Source: Chiloscyllium plagiosum (lineage: Eukaryota). Taken from it: a stretch of DNA of 64,000 bases. Position 1 is the stretch's first letter. The number at the start of each line of letters is the position of its first letter. The stretch is from assembly GCF_004010195.1 (NCBI RefSeq), contig NC_057719.1, forward strand, positions 23,377,217-23,441,216, in the 5' to 3' direction. The translations under genes and the position numbers were made by a program. The notes below the pieces were generated by a model, which did not search any database, was not told where the DNA came from, and saw nothing but the letters and a program-made list of their open reading frames with translations. Shown here piece by piece: positions 11,566-25,129 of this stretch.

Positions 11566-12151
11566 GTAAATTCACTGAAGCAAGAAATGGGAAACAGGCC
11601 TTCGGAGAATCAAATGCACATTTACTAAATTTGTTTCAAAAAAAATAATTACCAAGGTAATTACATTTAATAGCTTTTATCAAAACAATAATTAAAGAGG
11701 TGAGTTGTTTTTCTCCCATTAAATGCCGAGGAATGGTGAACATTGAATTTCAATGGTGTTCAGTCTACTGTGGGCTTCAACCATGGTGAACGGGTTACAG
11801 TGTGAAATTTCTGGTGGCTTAGACACAATAGCTTATGAGGTGATATTCAAGCAATTAAATTTGTAGTATTTAAACTGCTTGTTCCATGCCATTGTAGTTT
11901 GAGGCTGATAGCAGTGGCAGATCAATGTGATGATGTGCAGGGAAACTTGGGTGAGGTGACTCTCCTGACTTTAGTTTCCTTCCCTCAATCTCACCATGCC
12001 TCTCAACGCCCAAGCTTGGATTTTCAATTGTGCCTCCTGTTTTTACCTTGCAGATCTCCAACTGCTGAGTAAGTAGCGAGACAGAGAGGTTTTCAGGCTT
12101 TTTTCTCACATGAGTATTGAATCTTCCTAAAGCTTCACAAAGTATCATCAC

Positions 12152-12713
12152 TGTAGTGATTACAACAAGGTCAGCCAAGTCGACCTCATAGAATATCCCT
12201 GATTGGGAATGTTAACCTGGTCCAAACAGGAAGCCCTTCACTGTTTGATCACACAGCATTGCCCTTTGATGTGAAGGGCACTGCTTGACACTGGCCACTC
12301 GGGTGTTTCCTTTCTTCCTGGTGGTAGAAATTTGAATAAAGATTCGTGCACCTTGTGTCTCTCACTGTGTTTCACACCTGCACACACACACAACATTCGT
12401 GCTAGGGAAAAATAAGCACTACCACAGTTAGGCGGTAGTGTGGGGGAAAAAAAAATAAACAGAAATGTCAGAGGTTCTGGTCTGTCTGAGAGCTGGCTCT
12501 GAGGGAGCTAGATCAGTGTCAAGGACCTTCTAAGTGTAAATGAACATTAACTTGGTGACAGGACTTTAAAAAATGAGAAAAAAACAGGAATGTCAGAGGT
12601 TCTGTTCTCTCTGAGAGCTGGCTCTGAGGGAGATGGATCAGTGTCAATGACTCTCCAAGTGTAAATAAAGGGGAACTTGGTGACAGGATACCAGCCTCTC
12701 TGGAGTTATTTCA
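12152..12713 (+). mobile_element. Probable solo LTR with internal A-tailed insertion and ~124 bp tandem duplication
   Basis: TG...CA ends, AATAAA near 12664, duplicated block 12463-12562 / 12589-12688, A-rich tailed insert ~12240-12460; no TSD seen. Confidence 0.4.
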
Positions 12714-13271
12714 AACATCATCTCTCAGCTGTTGTACCTTGGTTCTCTCCAAATAAGGCTAATTGTTTACTCTTTGCAGGCTTATCAAGCCAAAACAATG
12801 CTTTTAATTCCTTCCAGGTGTCTTTGCTCCTTTCCAGCACCAAGCCAACCTCTACACAGAGTATAATTACAGCAAACTTTATTTTAACCTTATCAACCTA
12901 CACACTTGGTAAATCAGCAAAAATTACCTACCTCAAATACTGCGATCACACTTCGATGTTCAAGTATTTATGCTGCAAAACAGTGACGTGTAAACCTCCT
13001 GCATGACATTTTGATTAATTACTATGTATTCTTGCATTGATTTTGGGAGGTGTTGATGTTTTTACATTGGTGTTTTTAGGGGATGTGGATGTCTCAAATC
13101 TTCACCTGGTCAGGGGTTGCTGTGGTTCTGTGTAATATTTGATTATCAGGAATATTTGATCAATCAGCTCACTCCTGGTCCTATAGGTACAAGTTAATAA
13201 AATGTATTACCATAATTGTCTTTACCAAAATTCATCCCCTAATACTGAGTCTCATTTCACTGCAGGCATGA

Positions 13272-13598
13272 TAGGGTGGCATGGTAGCTCATTAGGTAAC
13301 ACTACTGTCTCACAGCGCCAGGCACCCAGGTGCTGACTGTGTGTGGAGTTTGCACATTTTCGCTGTGTTTCTGTGAGTTCTTCCAGGTGCTCTGGTTTCC
13401 TCCCCTCATCCAAAGATGTGCAGGTTCTGTGGATTGGCTGTGCTAAATTGCCCATAGTGTCAAGGGATGTGCAGGCTAGGTGGATTAGCCACGGGAAATG
13501 CAGGGGTAGGGGACAGGCCTTGGTGGAATGCTCTTCAGAGGGTTGGTGTGGACTCGATGGGCTGATTGGCTTGCATCCACACTGTCGGGATTCTATGA
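13272..13598 (+). mobile_element. HE1-like V-SINE (degenerate)
   Basis: tRNA-like head (GTGGCATGGTAGCTCATTAGG), V domain TGTGTGGAGTTTGCAC...TGGTTTCCTCCC. Confidence 0.8.
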
Positions 13599-13727
13599 TC
13601 ATACACATATGCCATACCTCCCAAAGAATGACAGATCACACTAAACACAATATTCCTTCAGAGGACATAGATTTAAGGTGAGAACAGTAAGGTTTAAAAG
13701 GGACCTAAGGGGGAGATTTTTCATGGA

Positions 13728-14863
13728 TAGTCATAGAGTCATAGAGATGTACAGCATGGAAACAGACCCTTTGGACCAACTTGTCCATGCCGACCAGATA
13801 TCCCAATCCAATCTAGTCCCACCTGCCAGCACCTGGCCCATATCCCTCCAAACCCTTCCTATTTATATACACATCCAAATGCCTCTGAAATGTTGCAATT
13901 GTACCAGACTCCACCACATCTTCTGGCAGCTCATTCCATACACGTACCTCCCTCTGCGTGAAAAAGTTGCCCCTTAGGTCTCTTTTATATCCTTCCCCTC
14001 TCACCCTAAACCTATGCCCTTTAGTTATGGATTCCCTGACCTCAGGGAAAAGACTTTGTCTAGTTATCCTATCCATGCCCCTCATAATTCTGTAAACCTC
14101 TATAAGGTCACCCCTCAGCCTCCGACGCTCCAGGGAAAACAGCCCCAGCCTGTTCAGCCTCTCCCTATAGCTCAAATCCTCCAAACCTGGCAATATTCTT
14201 GTAAATCTTTTCTGAACCCTTTCAAGTTTCACAACATCTTTCCGATAGGAGGGAGACCAGAATTGCACGCAATATTCCAACAGTGGCCTAACCAATGTCC
14301 TGTACAGCCGCAACATGACCTCCCAACTCCTGTACTCAATACTCTGACCAATAAAGGAAAGCATACCAAATGCCTTCTTCACTATCCTATCTACCTGCGA
14401 CTCCACTTTCAAGGAGCTATGAACCNNNNNNNNNNNNNNNNNNNNNNNNNNNNNNNNNNNNNNNNNNNNNNNNNNNNNNNNNNNNNNNNNNNNNNNNNNN
14501 NNNNNNNNNNNNNNNNNNNNNNNNNNNNNNNNNNCAACCCTCCACCACCACCCTCTGTCTTCTACCTTTGAGCCAGTTCTGTATCCAAATGGCTAGTTCT
14601 CCCTGTATTCCATGAGATCTAACCTTGCTAATCAGTCTCCCATGGGGAGCCTTGTCGAATGCCTTATTGAAGTCCATATGGATCACATCTACTGCTCTGC
14701 CCTCATCAATCTTCTTTGTTACTTCTTCATAAAACTCAATCAAGTTTGTGAGACATGATTTCCCATGCACAAAGCCATGTTGACTATCCCTAATCAGTCC
14801 TTTCCTCTCCAAATACATGTCCATCTTGTCCCTCAGGATTCCCTCCAACAACTTGCCCACCAC
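13728..14863 (-). mobile_element. CR1 LINE fragment spanning a 109-N gap (14426-14534)
   Basis: ORFs 13813..14412 and 14417..15016 with CR1 RT motifs; tail (ATAGAGTC) at ~13727-13746. Confidence 0.92.
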
Positions 14864-14869
14864 TGAGTT

Positions 14870-15215
14870 CGAGGTGGTGTATGTATGGAATGAGCTGCCA
14901 GTGGAAGTGGTGGAAGCTGGTACAATTATAACATTTAAGAAGCAATTGGATGGGTACATGATTATGAAGGGTGTAGAGAGATATGAGTCAAGATTAGAGT
15001 AATGCTGGAAAAGCACAGCAGGTCAGGCAGCATCCGAGGAGCAGGAAAATTGATGGTTCAGGCAGGAGTCCTTCATCAGGAACCTTCATCATTCAAGGGA
15101 TAGGAGTCAAGTGCTGGTAAATGGGACTAGATTAATTTAGGATATCTGGTTGGTATGGACGAGTTGGACCAAGTGGTCTGTTTCCATGCTGTATACCCTT
15201 ATGACTCTATGAGTA
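14870..15215 (+). mobile_element. CR1 3' end with a Penelope-derived insert (~14985-15090)
   Basis: VWNELPVEVVEAG, 3' UTR and ATGACTCTATGA tail; insert GCTGGAAAAGCACAGCAGGTCAGGCAGCATCC...CTTCATCAGG. Confidence 0.82.
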
Positions 15216-15712
15216 TGAATGCTGTTTTCCCTTTACGTTGATATTTCTTGCAAATTGCCTTCTTGAGACAAAAAGTTTGAGTAAATGTGTCTTCTTTCCC
15301 AACAGTATACAAAATCTACTAGCAAATGGCTAAATAAATGGTGAGTTCTAATTTAGTTCTAAGCATCATTCTACGTTTTGACATTTGCAGGATCTTTGAC
15401 AGACGCTTAGGCTATGAATTTCATAGTTGCATTCTCCTTCTAAGTCAGCAGAACCTGGTTGCCTTCTTCCCTCAGGATGAGACCTTCTGAGTATAACAGG
15501 TATGATGACTCCAACAAGTCAAACCAAGTTTAGAATTTCTCTGCAACCTGCTGTAGAGCATGCTTTTAAATGTATTCCCAAGACATCTTCAAATTGGCTG
15601 TACGTGTGTTAGTATCTGCCAATCTCTTAAAATGGTAAGTGTTGTAGTCTGGAATACTGACCTGTGCAGTCTTACAAGTCTAGAACTTTCGTCCAACCTG
15701 GCAAATTCCATG

Positions 15713-15920
15713 TGTAGAAAGTGAGGACTGCAGATGCTGGAGATCAGAGCTGAAAAATGTGTCACTGGAAAAGCACAGCAGGTCAGGCAGCATCCAAGGA
15801 GCAGGAGAATCGGCGTTTCGGGCATAAGCCCTTCTTCAGGAATTGGACATAAGCCGATTCTCCTGCTCCTTGGATGCTCCCTGACCTGCTGCGCTTTTCC
15901 AGCAACACATTTTTCAGCTC
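15713..15920. mobile_element. Palindromic Penelope-derived element
   Basis: Inverted arms; TSD CAAATTCCATG (15702-15712, 15920-15930). Confidence 0.82.
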
Positions 15921-16809
15921 AAATTCCATGAAGAATGGACGAATCTGGAACATTGTATGGTTACAGAGTAATTGCATTCGGATCTGCTTTTCTTTCTGTT
16001 CGTTGCAGTTGATCTAGTATTCATATGATGCACAGCTCTCATTTCTCAGGGACATATAACGTCAGTTTTGTCAATCATCATTTCATTTGGGTTACAATAA
16101 TATTTTTGCCCCTGCTTAGCATGCATATTCCCTTGTAAGCTACTGGCTTTGAACAGCTTCCTACAGAAACTGATTCCTTGAGCTCATGACGAGACCGTCC
16201 AAAGTGAAGACCAATTCTAAAATAACAAATGGTTTAATTTACGTATACAATTTCATGTTTCGAGGGTTTCAAGAGTACCAATCCATTCCCTCCTCCAAAC
16301 TGTCATCGAAGATTGCTTTGTCCCAGCTGCTATTAGTTATCTGCCCAGATATGAAATCATGTGGAAAGTACTGAAAGCAGAAGTGTCATAAATATCTGTG
16401 AACCTACCACCAAAATCCAAATGACTCATGAGTATGTAATAAAAATTGACTATAACTCTTATCAGCCACCTTGTTCCAATGGTAATAGGTGTATTTGTAG
16501 ACTAGAAAGCTTTTAATGATCATTTTCAAGAAAACCATTGAGAATGAACTTAACAGATATGTTATGATCAGCTCTAAGATAATTTAATACCTCATTAAAA
16601 CATATTGTGGGGTAATTGAAAAATTCTAAAAGATAGTTTTATTCCAGTTAGCCAACACATGCATTCAGAAACACCTTTTCAGGAGAAACACCTTACTCAG
16701 TGAATCGTAGCACACGTTTTCCCTGAACATGAAACCTCATTCAAGTTGATCCAGTTTTGGAAAGACTACGTTCATGTCTTTTGGGTAGGCAGAAGCTTAA
16801 AAGTACAAA

Positions 16810-17025
16810 ATAAAACAAAAAACTGAAGATGCTGAAGATCTGGAACAAGAACAGAAATTGCTGGAGGAAGCATCTATGGAATAAAGCAAAGTTAACAGTT
16901 TGAGTGCAGTGACCTTCTCTCAGGACTCAGTTCTGAAGAAGGGTCACATGACACAAAAGGTTAACCTTGCTTTCTCTCCAGAGATGCTGCCAGACCCACT
17001 GAGTTTCTCCAGCTATTTTTGTTTA
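16810..17025. mobile_element. Older palindromic Penelope-derived element with degenerate hammerhead-like motif
   Basis: CTGAAGAAGGGTCAC...GAC..AAA followed by GATGCTGCCAGACC..CTGAGTTTCTCCAGC; related pieces at ~22200-22297, 48265-48375, 56018-56115. Confidence 0.6.
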
Positions 17026-18136
17026 AGAGGCAACCCTTGGGGAAACTTGAAGAGTAAAGAAAGCATTTTCCTTTCCATCCATGACCAATCGATATAAGTG
17101 ACATTGATCCTACAGCTACTGCTCTTCCTAAGGTTTAAACAGTGAATTTAAAAAGTAATATTAAATTTTAAAAATGTGTTCTTTTGCTCCAAAGAAAGCA
17201 AAGTTGTTTTACTCTTTTCAAAAGCAGCTTAAGTGCAAGAATTGTTTCATGATGTCTCATGATCAGCATATCTGTACATCTTTAAGAGGCATGATCATGA
17301 TATCATAGCACATAACCTGAGCATATAAAGATCTCATATTCTATCTTATCTCAGACCATTTGAGTATGACACTGTATTGGAAGTAAGGTCTTTTGTTGTA
17401 ACATAATAGTATTTTGTCAGATTAGACATTTATGTGTATCTGAGAAATGAAATATTTGAACATAATTGTTAGTCATAAGAAATATCTGTTAAATCCTTCA
17501 GTACCATAATGTCCTTGTCCATTTTATTATTTAATGGGAGATAACAAGCATTACCGCGTCAAGTAAAATCCTGTTGGAGGTCACCTTACTCCATGGTAGC
17601 TGCAGTGGCCATCCATAAAACATAATGTGGGCAAAAGGTAAATTCACTACCATTAAGCAGTATCATTTTCTGTGAATACAGACAACTGCACAGATTAGTA
17701 GATAGGACATTAAACACCCAGAAAACAGAACTAATTTTTTTTTATTCGAATGTAAGTTCATTCAAGATATTCTTTTTTTTACAATTGCCTTAAGTAAAGG
17801 AAAGAATATAATAAAAAGATTGAAAAGTAACACTGAGCTGAAACACAAAGAGAGTGAAGAGCACCACAGGTATCTGGGACAAAGCTCTGTTTCCTCCCAT
17901 TCAATACATATGTAACAGTTTCTGATAACTGTAGCTGCAGAGACTGTGTCCTTAACGAAGGGACAATTTTAAACTTACAGTGCAACAATGTAAGAAGTAA
18001 AGGACTTACAGTGGACTCGTCCAATCATTTTTAGGCAGAATCATTGATAGCATAAATTTCATTATGCAGTGGGGATCCAGTGCTACCTTTACTGAGTGAC
18101 AAAAATTCAAACTAAGGAAGCAATTCTGCTTTACAG

Positions 18137-18270
18137 ATCAAGTAATAAATGACACTGAGAAAAGAGTTCTAAAAATCTTGCTTACCATTGACAAAGGGTT
18201 GATTCTTAGAATCAATGAATCTGACGTTTCCATGGAAGATCGTAAAGATCTGAAGGCTCTTGAAGACAAG
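18137..18270 (+). CDS. Candidate internal coding exon of an unidentified host gene
   Basis: TTCTGCTTTACAG acceptor, AAG|GTAAGG donor, 134 nt open frame (D)QVINDTEKRVLKILLTIDKGLILRINESDVSMEDRKDLKALEDK in non-repeat DNA. Confidence 0.5.
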
Positions 18271-18457
18271 GTAAGGATTAATTTCATAATTGATAGACTT
18301 CATCTAATGTCTTGCAAAAAGAAACACTTGGAGTTGATTAATTAATTTGCAGGAAAACTCTACAGCAATGAGCATAAGTCTCTATTTTTTAAAGCTGAAT
18401 AGTCAGAGAAGCTGATTGAGTTGTAAATTGTCACAATATTAATTAAGCTTTAAGGAA

Positions 18458-19146
18458 GGTCCATTGTACCCTGCAGGTTACTGCACAGGTGGACAGAGTG
18501 GTCAAGAAGGCATATGGTATGCTTTCTTTCATTGGACGGGGTATTGAGTATAAGAGCTGGCAGGTCATGTTAAAATTGTGCAAGACATTGGTTCGGCTGC
18601 ATTTAGAATACTGTACAGTTCTGGTCGCCATATTACCAAAAGGATGTGGATGCTTTGGAGAGGGTGCAGAGAAGGTTTACGAGGATGTTTCCTGGTATGG
18701 AAGGTGCAAGCTATGAAGAGAGATTGAGTAGACTAGGATTGTTTTCATTAGAAAAAATGAGATTGAGGGGGGCCTGATTGAGATTTACAAAATCATGAAG
18801 GGTATAGACAGGGTGGATAGAGACAAGCTTTTACCCAGGGTGAAGGATTCAATAACGAGAGGTCACGCTTTCAAGGTGAGGGGTGAAAAGTTTAAGGGGG
18901 ACACATGCGGCAAGTACTTTACACAGAGGGTGGTGGGTGTCTGGAACGCATTGCCAGCGGAGATAGTAGAGGCAGGCACGGTAGATTCATTTAAGATGCG
19001 TCTGGACAGATGCATGAGTAGGTGGGGAGCAGAGGGATACAGATGCTTAGGAATTGGCCGACAGGTTTATACAGTAAATTTGGATCGACTCAAGCTTGGA
19101 GGGCCAAAGGGCCAGTTCCTGTGCTGTAAATTCTCTTTGTTCTTTG
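18458..19146 (+). mobile_element. CR1 LINE 3' fragment
   Basis: ORFs 18489..18716 and 18795..19178 (TRGH, FTQRVVGVWNALP); CTTTGTTCTTTG tail. Confidence 0.9.
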
Positions 19147-19476
19147 AAGGATGTTTTTGGCAAGAAAAAGAGCCATAACATTAACAAGTAGAAAGAAACC
19201 ATATTTCAGGTAAACAATAATTTGGTGGTTTTAGGTGCAGCCAACTATATTGCTATGATCAGCAAAGCACATCAAACTAACAAAATGTGTAACAAATGTA
19301 GTTTGTCACAACTACCCAAATGCTGTCCAGCATTTCTTAATATCTGCAAAGCACTTGACATCAAGAGACATTGGGAACATATGAAAATCTGATTTCAAAC
19401 AACAAGCTAGATCCCAGCACAAAAAACAGGTGACCGTATAGACAGTCAACAGTAAACATTGTAGTTAGAGATATTA

Positions 19477-19987
19477 AAAAAAGCTGCAATTGCTGGAATC
19501 CAAAATAGACAGGCAGGAGGCTGGAAGAACACCACAAGCCAGGTAACATCAGGAGGTGAAGAAGTCAATGTTTCGGGTATAACACTTCTTCAGGGCTAGG
19601 GGTGGGTATGAGGGGAGCTGCAGATAAAGGGGGTGGCTGGGGCAAGGGGATGAAGTGGGGATAGGTGAAGACAGGCAGAGGGTATGATCTAGCCGGTCAG
19701 TGGGAGGAATGAATCCGGTAGGTGGTTGGGAGCAGTCAATGGGATGAAGAGGGGCTGGAAAGGGAGTCTGGGAATGGGGAAGGAGGTTATTTGAAATTGG
19801 AGAACTCAATGTTGACTCCTCCGAGCTGTAGGCTGCCCAGGCAGAAGATGAGGTGTTGTTCCTCCAATTTGCGGTTTGGTTCATTGTGGCAATGGAGGAG
19901 GCCAAGGATGGCCACGTCGGAAAGAGAGTGGTTAGGGGGATTGAAATGGGCAGTGACTGGGAGGTCCGGTCAGCCCCTGCGGACCCA
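19477..19987 (-). mobile_element. Penelope-like element, inverted 3' portion/pseudo-LTR
   Basis: Reverse-complement homologue of ~20395-20870; minus-strand CTGAAGAAGTGTTATACCCGAAACATT. Confidence 0.85.
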
Positions 19988-20044
19988 GTCCTCACCTACT
20001 ATCTCACCAGTCTCTGCATCCAACATATCAATCTTAAACACTGT

Positions 20045-20872
20045 CTCTAACTAGACCCCACCACCAAGAAAATCTTCTCCTCCCTACCAATCTCTGCCTT
20101 CAGAAAGTGCCATTCTCTTTGACAGTCATTGGTTTGTGCCACTCTCCCCACTGACCACTGCCCCCCCCACCCCGAACCCTCAAGTACCTTCTCCTTCAAC
20201 CAGAAAAGATGCAAAACCTGCCAGTACACCACCCCATCACCTCCATCCAGAGCCCCAAACAGTCCTACCAGGTGAGACAGAGGCTCATCTGCCTCTCTTC
20301 CAAAATAGTTTACTGCATCAGGTGTTCCCGCTGTGGTCTTCTCTACATCGGGGACATTGAATGTAAACTTAGGGAATGGTTCGCCGAGCATCACAGCCAG
20401 GCTCACAGTGGCTGCCCGAACCTCCCAGTCACCGCCCGTTTCAATTCCCCCAACCACTTCCTTTCCGACATGGCCATCCTTGAACTCCTTCATTACCAAA
20501 ACGAACCACAGCACATATTGGAGGAACAGCCCCTCATCTTCTGCCTGGGCAGCCTACAGCCCAGAGGACTCAAAATTGAGTTCACTAGTTTCAAATAAAC
20601 TCCGTCCCCATCCCCCGATTTCCTTCCCAGCCCCTCCCCCTCCCTTCCACTGCTCCCTGCCACTAACCACATTCATTCCTCCCATTGACCAACCAGGTCA
20701 TACCCTCTGCCTGTCTTCACCTTTCTCCACTTCACCACCCTGCTCCCTCCTTCCCACTCCCTTTATCTGCAGCTCCCCCCACATCACCCCCTGAAGAAGG
20801 GTTACGCTAAAAACATCGACTTCTTCACCTCCTGATGCTGACTGGCTTGCCGTGTTCTTCTAGCCTCCTGCA
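20045..20872 (+). mobile_element. Penelope-like element, GIY-YIG endonuclease end and pseudo-LTR
   Basis: ORF 20209..20598 IVYCIRCSRCGLLYIG..LREWFAEH..LGSLQPRGLKIEF; CTGAAGAAGGG motif at 20792. Confidence 0.88.
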
Positions 20873-22539
20873 CTACACAAATCACTGGCAGCAAGGAAAT
20901 TGCTAAGAAGGTGCAAAAACATGAATGAAATTCAGAGTCAACCAAATAAGAGAGAGACTTCAGAAAATGGCCACACTTTCTACATTGTGATCAGTTGATA
21001 AAGTAGAACATAAAAACAAATTTGCATGTTATTTTAAACTTACATTAGAAAGGACCTCAGTTTTAAGAAAATGTCTGACAGAATAATTTTCAGAGGTCGC
21101 AAAACAAAAATACACGGGGGTCATGGGAAAAGCAGCTGGATGATAAAGCATCAGATTCTGAACTAAAAGGATGAGCTTGAGCAGACAACACAGCTTTGCT
21201 CATCCATTCCTTTCCTTATGCTCTGTTGCTTTCATGACAGTCCTCAGTGTGTTAATGGCTGGCATTTCAAAATGTCCACCATCACAAGCAGCAGTGTCTT
21301 CTTCATCGCTCTCATGTACTTGCGCTGACAATAAAGCAATTTTTTTTAAATATAAATGAATACATTTCTTTTCAGCTTTTCTTTTTCAATGGGGTGAGGA
21401 AGTCTCTGAAACCTAAATTTCAAGAACATCTCTGGGGATTATTAAACATTTATTTAGTCCTCTTTGCAAGCCTGGCTCTTTAGCATAACTGTACCGTTCG
21501 TCGTAGCAATTATATCTTTGAATGTTGGATTGCATTAATTATTAAATACAGTTGTATCCTCTAAGGCAGAGTAGTACATAAAATTTTAAATAAAAGTGCA
21601 AACCAGGAAACCCTTACTAACTAGAATTACAATACCATTTCAACTAAGTGTTTCCTGCTGAAGAGTTACTGCACATGCCAACAACGGTCTTCGGTTTTCA
21701 TGTTGCTCCAAACAGATTTTGTAGACAGTTGTAAAATTCCACTCAGAGTAGCATCATTTTTATGTCAATGATAATGGAGTTAAATCCAAAGATAATTAAT
21801 TTAAGCTTTTGTGAGTGGACTTGTTTGCATATCTACTAAAATGGTGGTTGGTATAACCCATGTGTAAAACCAAGAAAATGCTTCAGGGCATATAGGAATT
21901 AGCACATAACTTTTAAAAGATGCAGTTCTGGCTGAATGGGGGCCTGGGAAAGTAATAGGTAAGAAGATTAGTGTCAATGTCAGCATGATGGACAGCAAAT
22001 GGCGGAAGGGTAGGCAAATAATTGAAAAAGTGGAGGTGTAACTCCAATAATGGCTTAAGTGGTTAAAGGTAACAAAAGGATAGCACTAAGACATTGAGAT
22101 TTGGTTCGTATCAAGGAAGACTAGGATTCTGCTCCTCCATTGAGGGAATGGAATTTCCCACCTAATAATGTAGGCCTTCAACAAATGGTGAACCTCTGAC
22201 ACCAAACAGAAATTGTCAGAAGAGAGCAGCAGATCTGCCAGCATCTGTGGAGAGAAATCAGAGTTAATGTTTCAGGTCAAGTGACCCTTCCTCGGAATTG
22301 GAAGCATTTTAAGACTCCCCTCGCCATAAATTTATGGAAAATTTGGCATTCACAGGGCCCAGTGAGCATGAACCCAACTCGGTCAATTTGAGACCTATTT
22401 CAACTTCTTGGTATGTGTAAGGAGTGTCAGTTGGAATGCGGCTGGTGCTACAATCATCTCTGAGTCAGGGGAATGTGAGTTCAAGTCAAAGACCAGAAAT
22501 GTGAGCACAAAATCTCAGGTGACATTCCAAAGGAGTGAG

Positions 22540-22893
22540 GCATTGTCTTTTAAATGATGTATGTGCGTACTATCTACAAGATGCACTGCAGAAATTCACC
22601 AAAGATCCTTCCAAATCTACAACTATTTCCATCCAGGAAGACAAGGGCAGCACCTGCACGTTCCCCTCCAAGTCACTCACCACCCTGCCTTGGAAATATA
22701 CTGCCATTCCTTCCCAGTCATTGGGTCAAAATCCTGGAATTCCCTCCCTACCAGCATTGTGGGTCAACCTACAGCAAGTGGACTGCAGCTATTCAACAAG
22801 GAAGCTCACCATCACCTTCTCAAGGGCAAATAGGGATGGGTTATCAATGCTGGCCAGCCAGCAATGCCCAAATCCCACAAATGAATAAAAAAA
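22540..22893 (+). mobile_element. LINE 3' end (CR1/L2 superfamily, second family)
   Basis: KSWNSLP..FNKEAHHHLLKG (ORF 22561..22833), AATGAATAAAAAAA tail; same family inverted at 56985-57660. Confidence 0.7.
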
Positions 22894-23501
22894 ACTTCTT
22901 TCAAAATATTCAATTGCTTTGTTTAGAAAAAGAGCAGCAACATTCTCCTCAGTGTCCTGACTAATATTGATTCCAAATAAATATCACTGAAACAGATTCC
23001 CTGGTCATTTTTACATTTGCAGTTTGTGGCGGTCTTCTGCTTTTGGCTGCCACCTTTGCAATGTTCCAGCCAGGGATACAATCCAAAATTACTCCACTGG
23101 GCTGGAAGCACTTTCGGACATCTTAATGCTGTGTAGAGGCTCTATAAAAATGCAAGTGTTTCTTCCAGCTGATAGGAAAATTGACTGCTTGAAATGGGTG
23201 ATAAATGCAGTTAGCCAGCTTCAGACAGATCAAAAACGTAAACACCGGATATTATGAGCTGGTTATAATCTCATGGCAGATATGATCAAGGCCACTTTAC
23301 TGGTGGATGTGTCTAGAGTAGTTGGAAAGCCTTCAGCAGCAGAAACCCAAAAGTGCTGGCCTGACAAAAGTAATATTCTCACCCATCTTTAAAATGTATT
23401 CCTCATTACCAAGGTTTGGACATGAAGAATCTTTGAATCACCAAATCCCTGCACCACATTCTTGACTAAAAGGTTGAATGGTTTCTTCTTAACCATTGTC
23501 G

Positions 23502-23662
23502 GAAAGTGTGGAGCTGGAAAAGCGCAGCAGGTCAGGCAGCATCCGAGGAGCAGGAGTGTTCACGTTTCGGGCTGCTCCTCGGATGCTGCCTGACCTGCTG
23601 TGCTTTTCCAGCTCCACACTTTTTGACTCTGATCTCCAGCATCTGCGATCCTCACTTTCTTC
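23502..23662. mobile_element. Palindromic Penelope-derived element (centre deleted)
   Basis: Inverted arms GCTGGAAAAGCGCAGCAGGTCAGGCAGCATCCGAGGAGCAG / CTGCTCCTCGGATGCTGCCTGACCTGCTG. Confidence 0.8.
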
Positions 23663-24227
23663 TTGATCATTGCCAATCTCAAATGAGTTCCTCGTGAATT
23701 TAAGTTCAGAACACAAATGAACATCAATTCATCAATAAACTAATGAACTAATTAACAATTAACTCAGGTGTCTTTTATACTTAATTGGCTAGGGCCAGTG
23801 AGTTAGATTTAAAAAGTTGTTTGGTTCATACATTTGGTTCATAATAGCTCATACATATTAATAATTTAGATGGTGCCCAAAATCTGAAGGTGTTGCCCAT
23901 ATGCCAAAACATGCTCTTGAGTTATTAAAGTTAAACCAAAATGACTGATTCAGCTTATCATAAGCATGTTAAAGCAATCTACCATGACCTGAGGTGAATT
24001 TGATTCATTCTCATGCATGGAAAGAGAATTTGCGAAGGAATTCTTGAAGGACATTGGGCTCTGGAAAATTGCTTTGCTTTTACTGTAGATTATCCATTAA
24101 AGTGAATCTTTCTCTGGTTGTATCTGAGTGTTGCATGGTATTTGGTTTTTTTTTGACATATAAGATATGAAATTTTCACTACTCCAACAAAGAGAAAAGC
24201 AAAATATATTTAATGTTTTGAAATAGC

Positions 24228-25129
24228 ATGGTGCAGTGGACAACAAAGAAGATTACCTCAGATTACAACAGGATCTTGGCCAGATGGGCCAGTGGGCTGA
24301 GAAGTGGCAGATGGAGTTGAATTTAATTCAGATAAATGCAAGGTGCTGCATTTTGGGAAAGCAAATCTTAGCAGGACTTATACACTTAACAGTAAGGTCC
24401 TAGGGAATGTTGCTGAACAAAGAGACCTTGGAGTGCAGGTTCATAGCTCCTTGAAAGTGGAGTCGCAGGTAGATAGGTATGCTTTCTTTGGTATGCTTTC
24501 TTTTATTGGTCAGACTATTGAGTACAGGAGTTGGGAGGTCATGTTGAGGCTGTACAGGACATTGGTTAGGCCACTGTTAGAATATTGCGTGCAAGTCTGC
24601 TCTCCTTCCTATCAGAAAGATGTTGTGAAACTTGAAAGGGTTCAGAAAAGATTTACGAGGATGTTGTCAGGGTTGGAGGATCTCAGCTACAGGAAGCGGC
24701 TGAACAAGCTGGGGCTGTTTTCCCTGGAGCGTTGGAGGCTGAGGGATGACCTTATAGAGGTTTACAAAATTATGAGGGGCATGGATAGGATAAATAGACA
24801 AAGTCTTTTCCCTGGGGCCGGGGAGTCCACAACTAGAGGGCATAGGTTTAGGGTGAGAGGGGAAAGATATAAAAAGGACCTAAGGGGCAACTTTTTTCAT
24901 GCAGAGGGTGGTACGTGTATGAAATGAGCTGCCAGAGGAAATGGTGGAAGCTGGTACATTTGGAATATTTAAAAGGCATTTGGATGTGTATATGAATAGG
25001 AAGGGTTTGGAGGGATGTGGGCCGGGTGCTGGCAGGTGGGACTAGATTGGGTTGGGATATCTGGTCGGCATGGACGGGTTGGACCGAAGGGTCTGTTTCC
25101 ATGCTGTATATCTCAATGACTCTATGACT
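24228..25129 (+). mobile_element. CR1 LINE 3' fragment
   Basis: ORF 24304..24927; tail ATGACTCTATGACT. Confidence 0.92.

Noticed and set aside
9558..15920. CRISPR-like or MITE interpretation of the recurring palindromes
   Set aside because: Dispersed copies, asymmetric arms, long variable TSDs and homology to Penelope ends indicate retrotransposition; eukaryotic context
17590..17669. Possible minus-strand exon (KMILLNGSEFTFCPHYVLWMAT) and a dynein-like reading of nearby peptides
   Set aside because: Similarity too weak to support by eye, and it conflicts in strand with the better candidates
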